Source: Sphacelaria rigidula (taxonomy: Eukaryota). From it: a DNA stretch of 45,281 nt. Position 1 is the first letter of the stretch. Each line of letters opens with the position of its first letter. The notes beneath the pieces were generated by a model that saw nothing but the letters and a program-made list of their open reading frames with translations, did not search any database and was not told where the DNA came from. The stretch spans positions 1 through 45,281 of the forward strand of contig CAXNAA020000005.1 of assembly GCA_964200075.2 (NCBI GenBank). The letters are read 5' to 3'. This document shows, piece by piece, positions 1 to 11,267 of this stretch. The position numbers and the translations under genes were made by a program.

Positions 1-127
1 ACGTAGTGAGAACGAACGAAGTGAATGAAGGGATAGGTTTAGGAACGGTAATTGAATATTATATGTGTGTAACATAGAATAATAGAAAGGTAAGAGAGTA
101 AACATAGCACGTAGTGAACGTAGTGAG
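1..127. repeat. 127-bp terminal direct repeat (circular-assembly overlap), copy 1
   Basis: Identical to 45155-45281. Confidence 0.97.
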
Positions 128-709
128 TTAGGGGGGGGTAGTATAAACTAGGTTTAGCAAATTGTTACATATGTATTATATATATATATTACCCCATATA
201 TATATGCTATATTCTTATCTCTTTATATCTATGTCAACTTCAGTTTAGCAAATTAATACATATCGTATCTTTAAGCTATTGTTAATAACTCTATATATTA
301 CTCTTATTCTAGCAATTTAATACATATTATATTATTATTATATATATATATCTTTAATAACACACAAATTTTAAATTAATGTTTGATATCTTTTCTATTA
401 TTGAATTAAAATCTTAATTGTTTTCATCTTAAATTCCGTTTATTGTATTAATTATAATTAATTTATCTTTTTTTTCTTTACTTCTTTCATTATTTATGTT
501 GAGGTAAATCTTTTTAAAAAATAAATAAAGTTATAGTATTGAAACCATATTAAATAGTTTAAGAGATTTATTTATTTTTTCTATTTGTAGTTAAGATTAT
601 TATATTATTAAAGTCTAATTTTTTCGTTTATTAAAGTATAAAATTGGATAAGAATATAAGTATAAATTTTGATAAGAATAGAATTTTATTTTCGTTAAAA
701 TATATTCAT

Positions 710-890
710 TTTTCGTTCACCAAGGTACCCCCCTTGATGAATTTTGTAAGGGCCCAAAAGCCGCAATTAACCGTTGTTTTGCTATAATAAAAAACCGCAC
801 TAGATTGCTGCTTTTTAAAAAAGTATAAAAAAAGTATAAAAAATAGTAAAAAATGCAATTTTAAAAAAGTGGGCGGTTAATTGCTGTAAA
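710..890 (+). repeat. Dispersed element copy 1: TTCACCAAGG-TACCCC-CCTTGATGAA core plus GCAATTAA/TAGATTGC/TTAATTGC boxes
   Basis: 710-744 is the exact reverse complement of 27534-27568; the ~790-820 stretch matches ~43612-43646 in reverse with one mismatch. Confidence 0.85.
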
Positions 891-1219
891 ATAGGAGTTA
901 AATTTAAAAATGTATTTAACTTTTCTTAAAACGGAAAATAACGCGGTATTGCCAGCATTTTTATTGTTTATGATTAGGTTCTATATCTTCTATTAAAGTA
1001 TTCAATTTGATCGTAAATATTCACTTTAAAAAGCATATTAAATATGAATTATTATTTAATTAATAGATTTTTAATTTATCTTTTTTCTTTTTTAGCTTCT
1101 TTTTTTATGTTAAATAAAATTCTTTTTGATACAAAAAGTGATGGACGAAAATTGAACTCTTTCAGGACATTCTATATTAATTAGAATGCCTTTTTCCACG
1201 TCTAGCCTTACAAAATTTA

Positions 1220-1914
1220 TTATATTTTTTCTATTACATCATTTACGATTTTCGATACCTCTACAACTGTCATCGGATCTATGTTTGGTATATTATCTTT
1301 CATATGGTTAATAAAAGACTGCATCACATGATCAGCATAATCGGTTTTAGCTAGCATTAATCGGTCTTCACTCAAAATCGTATTATTTATATTTTCAGGG
1401 AATGCCTTGCAAAATTTTTTTGTTAAATTTAATACGTCATATTTTATTTCTAAAATGGTGCGATATATCTCTTCCGGCGTCACATTTTCAATATTTAATA
1501 TTTCACTTTTATTTCCGTTCTCAACATTTAAATTTGTATTTTTATCTACCAAATTTGTATTGATCATTTGTCCCATCACAAAAGTGAATAAAAGTGAAAC
1601 TGAAATAAGAGCAAGTGCTTCGGTTCATGGAATATTATATATATAATCAAAAAGATAATCTGAAAAAGTTTGTTTTTTAGCAGTTTGAATTTTATTTAAT
1701 TCTGCCATTAAAATTTTAATTTGATTTTCTTGTTCTTTTAAAGCATTGAGCATTGCTCGATCGTTAAAAAATATTAAAAACAAGCTAGGCAAAAAAAGCC
1801 TATCAAAATGTATTGAACTTTCACCCAAAATGAATTAGTATTGATTTTACTGTTATCATTTCTTAGCGAGTTTTTATTTCTTGCCATATTTTTTCATTTG
1901 TATTGTTTTTTCAT
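1220..1914 (-). CDS. Orphan ORF, probable membrane protein; 5' part frameshifted or alternative start
   Basis: ORFs 1625-1828 and 1220-1579 fuse with TGA=Trp; an ATG frame from 1914/1887 joins only via a shift at the A7 run 1791-1797. Confidence 0.5.
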
Positions 1915-1985
1915 TTTTTTTTGTTTAATTTATCAAAACATAAAATTGTTTTGTGTTTAATTATTATAATAATTAAACATATTAC

Positions 1986-2057
1986 AGATACAAAAGAGAA
2001 TCGAACTCTTATTTCAGGATTTGCAATCCAATACATTAGCCGTTATGTTATTGTATC
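1986..2057 (-). tRNA. trnC: tRNA-Cys(GCA)
   Basis: Cloverleaf, anticodon loop TTGCAAA, GTTCGATTC T-arm. Confidence 0.93.
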
Positions 2058-2073
2058 ATTAAAAAATTATATT

Positions 2074-2157
2074 TTTTAGATGGGAATAGAACCCATATTT
2101 ATTCTTAAATGTAAATATGTAAAAATAAAAAAGCTATTTTAATTTTAGCATTTAAAA
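2074..2157 (-). ncRNA. tRNA-like t-element after rps11
   Basis: TGGG-TTCTATT-CCCA T-arm, GCTA/TAGC hairpin, no canonical anticodon arm. Confidence 0.5.
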
Positions 2158-2159
2158 TA

Positions 2160-3323
2160 TTATTTAAATACTCTCATTCTACGTCTTTTTTTTCTAACTT
2201 TTTTTGGTGCACGACAACCATTAAAAATCTTTTTTTCTACAACATTATATAAAATTTGTCTTCTTTTGAATTTATTTCTTAATAAACGAAGAACTTTTTT
2301 TCTTAATCTTCTTGGTGTATTAACGTTAATTATAATTCCTCCTTCTTTTTGTACAATTTCATATGGTTTTTTATTATTAACACTACCTTTTACAAAATTT
2401 CTTTTAGTTTGTTTTTTTGTAAAATTATTTCTTATGTTAAAATAAAATTTGTTTATGATTGATTCAAAAATATATCTCATTGTTTTTTTTGAAGCTTTGG
2501 TTTTATATTTTCCAGCAGAACAAGAATCAGTAGTTGAAATATTTTTGTTTATATCAGATAAATTACAAAAAACATTGTTTGGTTTTATAAGAATATTCAG
2601 TCTATGTTTAAAAATATTATGAGAATTAGGTATTAAAAATGCTCTAGATTTTTTAGTAACAAAACGTTTGCGATATAATAATTTTCTATTGCTTTTTTTT
2701 TGTCAACTCTTTATTCTTTTAATTTTTAAATTTGATTGTTTTTTTTCTTCCTCTTTTTGATTTAAATTTGTCATGGCATTAGCATTTTTATCATCTATAT
2801 TTTTTACAGAATCATTAGCTAATTTTTTAGATTTTTTAGTTCATTTAAGAAGAAGTGCTCTTTTAGAAAGATTTTCTTTAGTAAGAGTTGTTTTAATGTT
2901 TGCTTTTCTTATCAAAAATTGATTAATAAGAGCATTATTTTCAAAATCGTTGTCAGAATTAATATTTAAATTCTCATTTTTTTTAATAATATTTTTTAAT
3001 AATTTAATAAAAGTTGTCCTTTTTTGTTCTAAAATAGTATTATTGGTTAATAAATTTCTATTTTTTTCAGATTCTAATTTTAAAATACTATTAAAAAATT
3101 GTATTTTTTTCATGAAGAACATTGGTCTTTTTTTTCTTTTAAACTTTTTAAAATTTTTTCCTTTTTTTTTTAGAAAAGCTCTTTTTCTTTTAAAATTATT
3201 AAATTTTTTTTTATTTGCTTTTTTAGCATTATCTTTTCTCGCAGAATTCATTTTAGCAGAAGTTTTTTTAGCTATAATGTTGTCATTTTGAGTTGATATA
3301 TTTTTTTTTAATTTTTCAATCAT
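2160..3323 (-). CDS. rps11: Ribosomal protein S11 with long basic N-terminal extension (387 aa)
   Basis: One frame with TGA=Trp; NILIKPNNVFCNLSD, SAGKYKTKASKK and C-terminal FNGCRAPKKVRKKRR motifs; follows rps13. Confidence 0.85.
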
Positions 3324-3348
3324 AATTATTATTTTTCTAAACTAAAAA

Positions 3349-3651
3349 TTATCATAAATTATTTTTTTTAATAATTTTTGGTGTTGCATTTGTATGAGTT
3401 CTTTGTCCTCTTACGGGATAGTTTTTTCTATGTCTAGAACCTCTATAACTTTTAATATCTTTATAAAATTGTATATTATTTATAACATTATTAAAAAGAT
3501 CAATATTAGTTAAAGTATTTAAACAAGTGTGATTAAAATTAATTTTATGTGAACTTTTTAAAAAAGTTTGTTTAGCTTTTAAATTAATTCCGTGAATTTT
3601 TTTGAATTTATTTTCGGTTGGTTTTCCTAATCCGTATTTTTTTAAAAACAT
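3349..3651 (-). CDS. rps13: Ribosomal protein S13 (short N-terminus)
   Basis: [22 protein letters not shown] motif; ends TGA-TAA. Confidence 0.93.
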
Positions 3652-3779
3652 ATATTATTATTTAAGTAATTCTTAGTTTCTTTATATACCTCGAATTGTA
3701 AAAATATTTAACAAAAATCAAGTAAATCCTTATAAAAAGACAAAAGCAATTACAATTTTAATTATAAAAAGAAAAATAT

Positions 3780-3851
3780 TCTTTGGTAGCTCAGTGGTAG
3801 AGCAAAAGGCTGTTAACCTTCTGGTCGAGGGTTCGATTCCCTCCCAAGGAT
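3780..3851 (+). tRNA. trnN: tRNA-Asn(GUU)
   Basis: Cloverleaf, loop CTGTTAA. Confidence 0.95.
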
Positions 3852-3906
3852 ATAAATTATAAAAAAGTTAAAATTGTAATTAATTACAAAAAGAAAAGGG
3901 AAGAAT

Positions 3907-3978
3907 AAGTGTATAGCTTAATGGTAGAGCAGTGGACTTTTAATCCAAAAGTTCTGGGTTCGATTCCCAGTACACTTA
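3907..3978 (+). tRNA. trnK: tRNA-Lys(UUU)
   Basis: Cloverleaf, loop CTTTTAA. Confidence 0.95.
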
Positions 3979-3983
3979 CTTAA

Positions 3984-4057
3984 ACACCCTTAGCTCAACA
4001 GGCTAGAGCAATAACCTTCTAAGTTATAGGTTAAAGGTTCGATTCCTTTAGGGTGTA
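3984..4057 (+). tRNA. trnR: tRNA-Arg(UCU)
   Basis: Cloverleaf, loop CTTCTAA. Confidence 0.95.
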
Positions 4058-4062
4058 AAATC

Positions 4063-4134
4063 GTCTGAATAGCTCAGAGGTAGAGCAATGGACTGAAAAT
4101 CCATGGGTCAGTGGTTCAATTCCACTTTTAGACA
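4063..4134 (+). tRNA. trnF: tRNA-Phe(GAA)
   Basis: Cloverleaf, loop CTGAAAA. Confidence 0.95.
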
Positions 4135-4157
4135 CTAAAAAAAAAAGTAAAAAATAC

Positions 4158-4556
4158 ATGAATATAAAAACAGTTCAACTTCTTACTCAATTAAAAAATG
4201 CATCTCTAATCAATCAAGAAAGAATAGTTGCAGATTCAAATCATTTTGTTTTAAAATTGTTAAAAATTTTATATAAAGAAGGTTTAATATTATCATTTCA
4301 AATAAAAAGAAAACAAAATTTTCTAAATGAAACATCAGAAGCTCAAATTAATATTCGATATGTTCATAATAAACCAGTATTTAAAAATTTAAAGATAGTT
4401 TCATCACCTTCTTATAAAAAAATTGTTAGCTTAAAAAATATTAGTCGTATTGTAGCTAAAAAAAGATTTTTTCTTTTTTCAACTAATTTAGGATTGTTAA
4501 CATTAAATGAATGTAAAAAGCATCATGTAGGAGGAATATTACTTCTTGTTTGTTAA
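4158..4556 (+). CDS. rps8: Ribosomal protein S8
   Basis: LTQLKNA, ILYKEGLI, STNLGLLT...VGGILL motifs. Confidence 0.93.
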   Translation: MNIKTVQLLTQLKNASLINQERIVADSNHFVLKLLKILYKEGLILSFQIKRKQNFLNETSEAQINIRYVHNKPVFKNLKIVSSPSYKKIVSLKNISRIVAKKRFFLFSTNLGLLTLNECKKHHVGGILLLVC

Positions 4557-4571
4557 AAGAAAAATTAAAAT

Positions 4572-5111
4572 ATGGAAAATAAAAAAATAATTATACCAAA
4601 TAAAATATCTATTTCATTAGTAATAATTAAGAATATTAAATTTATAACAATAAAAAATGATGTTGAAACAAAATTTGTTTCTCTTCCATCTTTTATTCAG
4701 TTACAAAAAGCAGATAATATTTTAACATTAGTAAATAAAGAATTAACTATAGAGAAACTTTCGGCATATAATCAATTTGTAAATACTTTACAATTTGCAA
4801 TTAAAAATTTATCCACATCTTTTAATAAAAAAATATTTTTAAAAGGATTAGGTTTTCGTGCAAATATTCTTGAAGAGCTTGATATGGTTGAATTTAAAAT
4901 AGGATTTAGTCATTTGATTCAAATGAAAATACCTCAAGATATTACAATGAAAATCCGAAAAAGTTTTATTCATATTGAAGGAAAAGATAAAGTTTCTTTA
5001 GGAAATTTTGTAAATAAAATTATATACTTAAAATCTCCTGATTCTTATAAAGGAAAAGGGTTTTGATATAAGTATCAAAAAAAAACACTAAAAGTAGTTA
5101 AAAAAAAATAA
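4572..5111 (+). CDS. rpl6: Ribosomal protein L6
   Basis: LKGLGFRA, IGFSH, PDSYKGKG; reads through TGA to TAA, overlapping the next ATG (TAATG). Confidence 0.93.
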
Positions 5112-5713
5112 TGAGCAAACAACTAAGCACAATGTTAATCAAGCAATTAATTGATTTAGATTTTCCTTTTGTAAAAACTGAAAGAAAAGGGGAAATTTTA
5201 AATTCATCTGTATTGCGTATAAATTTAAAAGATAAAAATCAATTTCATATTTTAGACTTATTTAAATTAAATAGTAGTTTAAAACAATTTATCAGAATTT
5301 TATATTTATTAAAAAATCCAAAAGTTCCAACTGATTTTACTATATATATCTGATGTACAAACAAATATATTACAGAATTAATCGAACTTTTTCTTGTGGA
5401 ATATAAAATATCAAAATATTTTGTTATTTGTGATTATTTTCCATTAATAAGTTTAACTGAAACTAAAGATAAACAAAAATTCCTTTTTGTTTTAGGAGAT
5501 CCTTGAACAGAGAAATCATCACAAATGTTAGAATCTCGTGTTTTATATAATAAAATCTTTTTAGTAAGTAGTTTAAATTTTAAACAAGAACGTCCAAATT
5601 TAAACTTATATAAAATTCAAAATGATTTATCAGATTATAAAAAATTACTTGTTTTATTAATAATTATTGAAAGAATTATTGGTAATCCAAAAAATCATAA
5701 CTTAAAAAAATAG
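5111..5713 (+). CDS. rps2: Ribosomal protein S2 (divergent)
   Basis: Joined with TGA=Trp; HILDLFKLNSSLKQ resembles the S2 HIIDL motif; sits in the rps8-rpl6-rps2-rps4 order. Confidence 0.7.
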
Positions 5714-5719
5714 AAAATT

Positions 5720-6487
5720 ATGCGTTTTTTAAACAAATATAAAATTCATGGAAATTATACATCTGCCTCTAAAAAATTACCTTTAAGAATTCTTAAATTT
5801 AAACGTACAAAGTGAGCAAAAATAAAAATAAAAATTAGACAGATATTTAAAAGAAAAATTTCTAAATGATCAAAAAAGAATAAATTTTCTAATAAAAATA
5901 ATAAAAAATTCAATAAAAATTTAAATGAATTTAAAACAAACAAAAGAAAAAAACCGATTTATTTAGATTTATTACGTGTTAATGTTCTTCGTGGAAAATT
6001 CTTTTTAAATAAATATTATCTAACAAAACTCCAAACAAGAAAATATGTTTCAAGTTTGTATGATAATGCAATAACTATAAAAACTGATAAAAAACAAAAA
6101 TATAAAAGAAATCTACTTTGTTATAATATTGTAAAACCACTATTTCGTATTGATATTCTTTTATGATATTTAAATTTTTTTATTAGTTCATTTTCAGCTC
6201 GTCTTTTAATTAATAGTGGTTTTATATTTATTAATAATAAAAGAGTAAAACCAAATTATTGTGTTAAAAAAGGGGATATTATTTCATTTGATTTACCAGA
6301 AAATTGTAGTTCTTATTTAGAAGTTCAATCAAAATATCAAAGAATAAGAAAATTCTTTCCTTTTTTAGAATATGATTATTATACAAATACTTTTATTGTA
6401 TTAAAAGATTGAGAAGAACTAGAAAAAAATGATTTTGCATTATTATTTTCTGAAATTCGTAAATTTCAATATCTATCTAAAAAATAA
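5720..6487 (+). CDS. rps4: Ribosomal protein S4
   Basis: MRFLNKYK...RILKFKRTKW start and S4 domain FRIDILLW...ARLLINSGFIFINNKRV.PNY.VKKGDII; missing from the ORF track because of TGA codons. Confidence 0.9.
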
Positions 6488-6507
6488 AAATTATATAAAA
6501 TAAAATT

Positions 6508-7518
6508 ATGACTTTATCAATAAATTTAGACTTTTTATTAACTTGGTTAATTATCCCATTAATCAAAATTTTAATTATTATTGTTCCATTATTAATTTCA
6601 GTAGCTTATTTTACATTAGCAGAAAGAAAAATATTAGGAGCTATACAACGTAGAAGAGGACCCAATGTTGTTGGAGCTTTTGGATTATTACAACCATTAT
6701 CAGATGGATTTAAATTATTAGTAAAAGAAACTGTATTGCCAAGTAGTGCAAATAGATTAATTTTTATAATTTCACCAATGTTAACTTTTGTTATTAGTTT
6801 AATGGGTTGAGCAGTAATTCCATATGATAAATATTCAATTTTAGCTGAAATGAATATTGGTTTCTTATATCTATTTGCAATGTCTTCTTTAGGTGTTTAT
6901 GGAATTATTATGTCTGGATGATCTAGTAATTCAAAATATGCTTTTTTAGGAGCATTACGTTCGACAGCTCAAATGGTTTCATATGAAGTATCAATTGGTT
7001 TTATTATGATTACAATTGTAGTTTGTTGTGGATCATTTAATTTACAACAAATAATTGAAACTCAAAGAAATATTTGATTTGTAATACCATTTTTTCCTGT
7101 ATTTTTAATCTTTTTTACTTCCGCTTTAGCAGAAACCAATCGTCATCCGTTTGATTTACCTGAAGCAGAAGCAGAACTTGTTTCTGGATATAATGTTGAG
7201 TATTCTGCAATGGGATTTGCATTATTTTCATTAGGAGAATATGCTAATATGTTAATGATGAGTTCAATTAATGTTGTTCTATTTTTTGGAGGTTGATTAG
7301 CTCCAGTTTCTTTTTTAAATTTTCTTCCAGGATCTTTTTGATTTGGAGTTAAAATTTGTTTCTTTGTGTTTTTATTTATTTGAATGAGAGCAGCATTACC
7401 AAGATATCGTTATGATCAATTAATGGGTCTAGGATGAAAAGTTTTTTTACCTATCTCATTATCGTATTTAATGTTGACTTACAGTGTTTTAATTAATTTT
7501 AATTTATTACCTTATTAA
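6508..7518 (+). CDS. nad1: NADH dehydrogenase subunit 1
   Basis: [40 protein letters not shown]. Confidence 0.98.
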
Positions 7519-7526
7519 AAAAAGTT

Positions 7527-7823
7527 ATGAAATATAAAATCACTATAACATCAAGTTCACCAAATTCTTTAAATACATATATTAAGTTTTTAAAGTTATT
7601 ATTTAAAAATTGAAATATAGAACCACAATTATTTTATTTACCAACATCTACAAAAAAAATTGCTTTGCTTAAATCACCACATGTGAATAAGAAAGCTAAA
7701 GAGCATTTTGAAATTAGAACAGCTCGAAGAATTTTACAATTTCAAAGTTCTTTAGGTAATGAACGAATCTTAACTTTATTATCTAATAAACCAAATTCTG
7801 TTAATTTAAAATTTAATTATTAG
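7527..7823 (+). CDS. rps10: Ribosomal protein S10
   Basis: LPTSTKKIALLKSPHVNKKAKEHFEIR motif. Confidence 0.93.
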
Positions 7824-8025
7824 AATAAGCGGAGTTTGGGCTATTTTAAGAATTTAAAAATAAAAATTTAAGGTCGATTTTTATTTCAGAATGTAATTTA
7901 CATTTTTAATTATAAAAAGAGAAAATTTTAAAACAAATACAAAGAGGAAGAACTATTAAAAATATAGAAAAAGAACATTATTTGTTCGTCTATATGATAA
8001 GTATTCTCAAATAAAAATAAAAACT

Positions 8026-9015
8026 ATGTTCTTTTTACATTCAATGACTCAAAAAAAATTTTTAAATAAAGTTTTAGAAAAATTACTATATTTAAGTAGT
8101 TTAATTTCATCAATAAATCCAGAATCTGCGGGAACTCCAAAGACTTGAACTGCGTATTTATATAATGATATCTGATTAGGAATCTATAATGATCCTGTAA
8201 TTTATCCAGCTGTATTATTTTTTGGTACCGTTGGATTTTTTTTATTTCTTCAAGCAGTTAATTCAGGAGGAGGAGGTTCTGGAGGAGGTTTCGATAATTT
8301 TAATCTATCGGACAAATTATCTAGTGTTCCTGAAAATGTTACTATAATTAAGGAAACTAGTGCATCTTCTTTAATGTCTGACGCTGCTAATGTAATTAAT
8401 AATGTTATTACAACTCCAAAAGCAACTGAACAAGTATCGAGTGTTCTTAACGATGCGGTATCTGAGGTTGTGAGTAATGCAGAAAATATTGATACATTAA
8501 GTACTAGTATTTTAGAAACTGTGACTGAAGTTGCAGCAAATAATACTGGTATTTTAGAGAATTTTGCCACTGTAGATATACCTTCAGCTGGAAGTGTTTT
8601 TGTACTTGGTAGTATTTACAGTTTACTTACACCTGCCGTGAGTGCTGCGCTTCAAGCTTCACTGAGTGCTGTATCTACCACTCCAGTTCTTGAGTATGCT
8701 TTAGATCCTATGCCAAGTTCAAGTTTTATTATGGACCTGAGACGTAGTGGTCATTATGATCATGATTTTCTTAAAAATGTTAGTGTAACATTAAAGTCAT
8801 TAAGAATTGAGTATTTGATATTTGATATTAATCTTGAGATGGAATTAGTTCCAGGTCAATATTATTTTCCTTGAGATCTTAAATATTTTGAGGCCTTTAT
8901 AATAGGTATGTCTCCTAATCCTATAGATCCAGTGACAATTATATCAAGTCGAATAATGTTTCATTTACTAAGAAATCAAGGAGTAGTTGGTTTTATTATT
9001 AATCTCAACGAATAG
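8026..9015 (+). CDS. Orphan ORF329, predicted single-pass membrane protein
   Basis: 990-nt frame with TGA=Trp; hydrophobic segment, Gly linker, Ser/Thr/Val-rich stretch; paralogous to 33699-34421. Confidence 0.8.
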
Positions 9016-9084
9016 TTTTTATCTTTATTACAAGAATTTAATATTAAATATTAAATAACAACTGGGTTCGAATCCCATTAAAAA
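9016..9084 (+). ncRNA. tRNA-like t-element after ORF329
   Basis: TGGG-TTCGAAT-CCCA at 9063-9077; TTTTTA/TAAAAA acceptor-like pairing starting right after the stop. Confidence 0.55.
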
Positions 9085-9150
9085 TAACTCCCATGATTTC
9101 GGGTTTTACTACTTAATAACTAAAGTTGATAGAAAAAGATATTTTTATAA

Positions 9151-9384
<234 letters not shown>

Positions 9385-9470
9385 TAATTAAAAGAGTTAT
9401 AAGCAAACTCTCTTGCTTTTATTAAAAATTTTTAATTAGATTGATAAAATAAAAAATAAAAAAGATTAAA

Positions 9471-9552
9471 ATTATAATGGGAATTGAACCCAAAAACCTA
9501 AAATTAAATATTATCTAGGGTTTACAGCATATAAAATAATAAGCAATTATAT
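9471..9552 (-). ncRNA. tRNA-like t-element at the end of the rpl2 to orf184 block
   Basis: TGGG-TTCAATT-CCCA T-arm (9478-9492) plus an upstream AAACCCTAG/TTAGGTTT stem. Confidence 0.5.
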
Positions 9553-9667
9553 CCGTATTAATCCTCTTTATTTTTAGGTGTATTTCTTACTTTTTGTTTA
9601 TGTAAGAATTTATTATCCTCTTCTTTTATTAGAAGTATATAAGAGCATTATTTTTGTTTAAAATTAT

Positions 9668-10222
9668 TTAATTGTCCTTATTATTTTTTTGTTTTATTAC
9701 AAATAAAGTATTACATATTGTATAATTAATATTTATTGAATTAAATATTTCATTATTTTTTAAAATTCATAAGTCATTATTATTTTTAGGCATTTTTAAA
9801 AAGAATGATTTCATTTGAACAAATCATAAAGAAGTTTTTTTCTTAACTGTTAAATTAACAGAAGTTGCAATTTGTGAATTCTTTTCAAATGTTTTTAAAT
9901 GTATTGAACCAATGAATTTATTATTATCAATAGAAGTATCGCTTTTTTGTAATTTATTTATTGGATAATTCTTATTATTTTTCGGAGATTTAAAATTAAA
10001 AATAGTATTTGGTATTTTAATTGTTTTATTTTTAAAAGTTATTTCTTTCTCTTTTTTTACTTTTAATAAATCTGGAAGACTTATTTCTTTTTTTGCATTA
10101 AAAAGAGTATTTTTTTCTTTTTTTAGTATTAAATTTGATTGAATTGTTTGATAATTTTGTGCATTTAATAAATCGATTATTAAAGAAGCATTTATTTGTT
10201 TTCTAGCTAAGTTTAAATTCAT
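9668..10222 (-). CDS. Orphan ORF184 (Lys/Asn-rich)
   Basis: Frame extends through two TGA codons to TAA at 9668; starts 3 nt after the upstream ORF. Confidence 0.65.
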
Positions 10223-10225
10223 ATA

Positions 10226-11263
10226 TTATTTTTTACAAAGAAATATCGGTTTTTTAAGACATGATTTATTAGTAAATTGAATTCTTCTTCTTTTTAAAAA
10301 TCTTCTTTTTTTTATAAATTTATGTCTTTTTACGGGAGTAGTATAGTTTAAATCTTTTATTTCTAAAGGTAAAAGGTTATTTTTATTAGAAGAATAAAAA
10401 CTTAAAAAGTTTAATTTAATATTTGTTAATTGTTCTTTTAAATTTTCTATTAAATTCTTATTTGAAATTAAAATATCTTTCATATTAGAAATTTGATTTT
10501 TTGATAAATTAATTAAATTTTCATCGACTAGTAAGGCTTTAGTGTTATTTTCAATAATAAAATTTTTGATCTTATTGAATTTATTATTTAATCTATTATT
10601 AGTTTTATTTAATTTTCTTAATTCATTTTTTATAGGAAGTACTTTTTTTCTAAAATTACTTTTTAATAATTTTTGTTCAGAACTTTCTACTTTCGATGAT
10701 AATTCATACTTTTTTTTAGCTTTTTTATATTCTTTTTTTGGTAAAAAACCAAGAATATTAGAAACTCTAATAATAAAACCGCCTATAGCTGGTCTTACAA
10801 AAGTAATTGGTAAATTATCATTTGTATTAATATATTCAATTAAATTCTTTAATGAGTCTTTAGTTTTTATAATATTACTTTTTGGAGTAGATATTAATGG
10901 AACTTTAATTCTAATTTTATCTCAAAATTTATGTCTTAAAATATACTTATTAAGTTTTACAGATGCACCGATTTTGTTATTAGGTTTTATTTTTTTAAAC
11001 TTTTTCTTTTTTGTTTCGGTTGCTTTTAACTTATTAGATTTTTTTTTATTTAATTTTTTAAACTTAAATTTTTTGTAAATCTTTTTTTGTTTACTTTTAA
11101 GAATAATATCAGAAATAGTAGAATTATCATCAATTACTTTAATTCTTTTTTCATCTTCTACGAAATCTCTTATAAAACCTTTATAATAAATTTCTTTATT
11201 AATTGCTTTTAGATTATGTAAATTGTTTTCTTTAAAATTTCAAATAAATGTTTTTTTTGTCAT
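10226..11263 (-). CDS. ORF345, putative divergent ribosomal protein S1
   Basis: Single frame with TGA=Trp, 4 nt after rpl16; contains S1-like ITFVRPAIGGFIIRVSNILGFLPKKE. Confidence 0.65.
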
Positions 11264-11267
11264 AAAA

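Noticed and set aside
3652-3715. Stop-codon readthrough or editing restoring a longer rps13 N-terminus
   Set aside because: Four in-frame TAA codons with only vague similarity; TAA is used as a normal stop elsewhere.
9085-9140. CCCATGATTTCGGG stem upstream of atp9 as a 5S rRNA or tRNA
   Set aside because: Too short, with no supporting helices; the 39236-39345 candidate fits better.
10542-11078. Plus-strand ORFs 1407, 2950, 10542, 12444, 12969, 33934 and minus-strand ORFs 5755, 8250, 15485, 19683, 24812
   Set aside because: Antisense shadows of better-supported genes.
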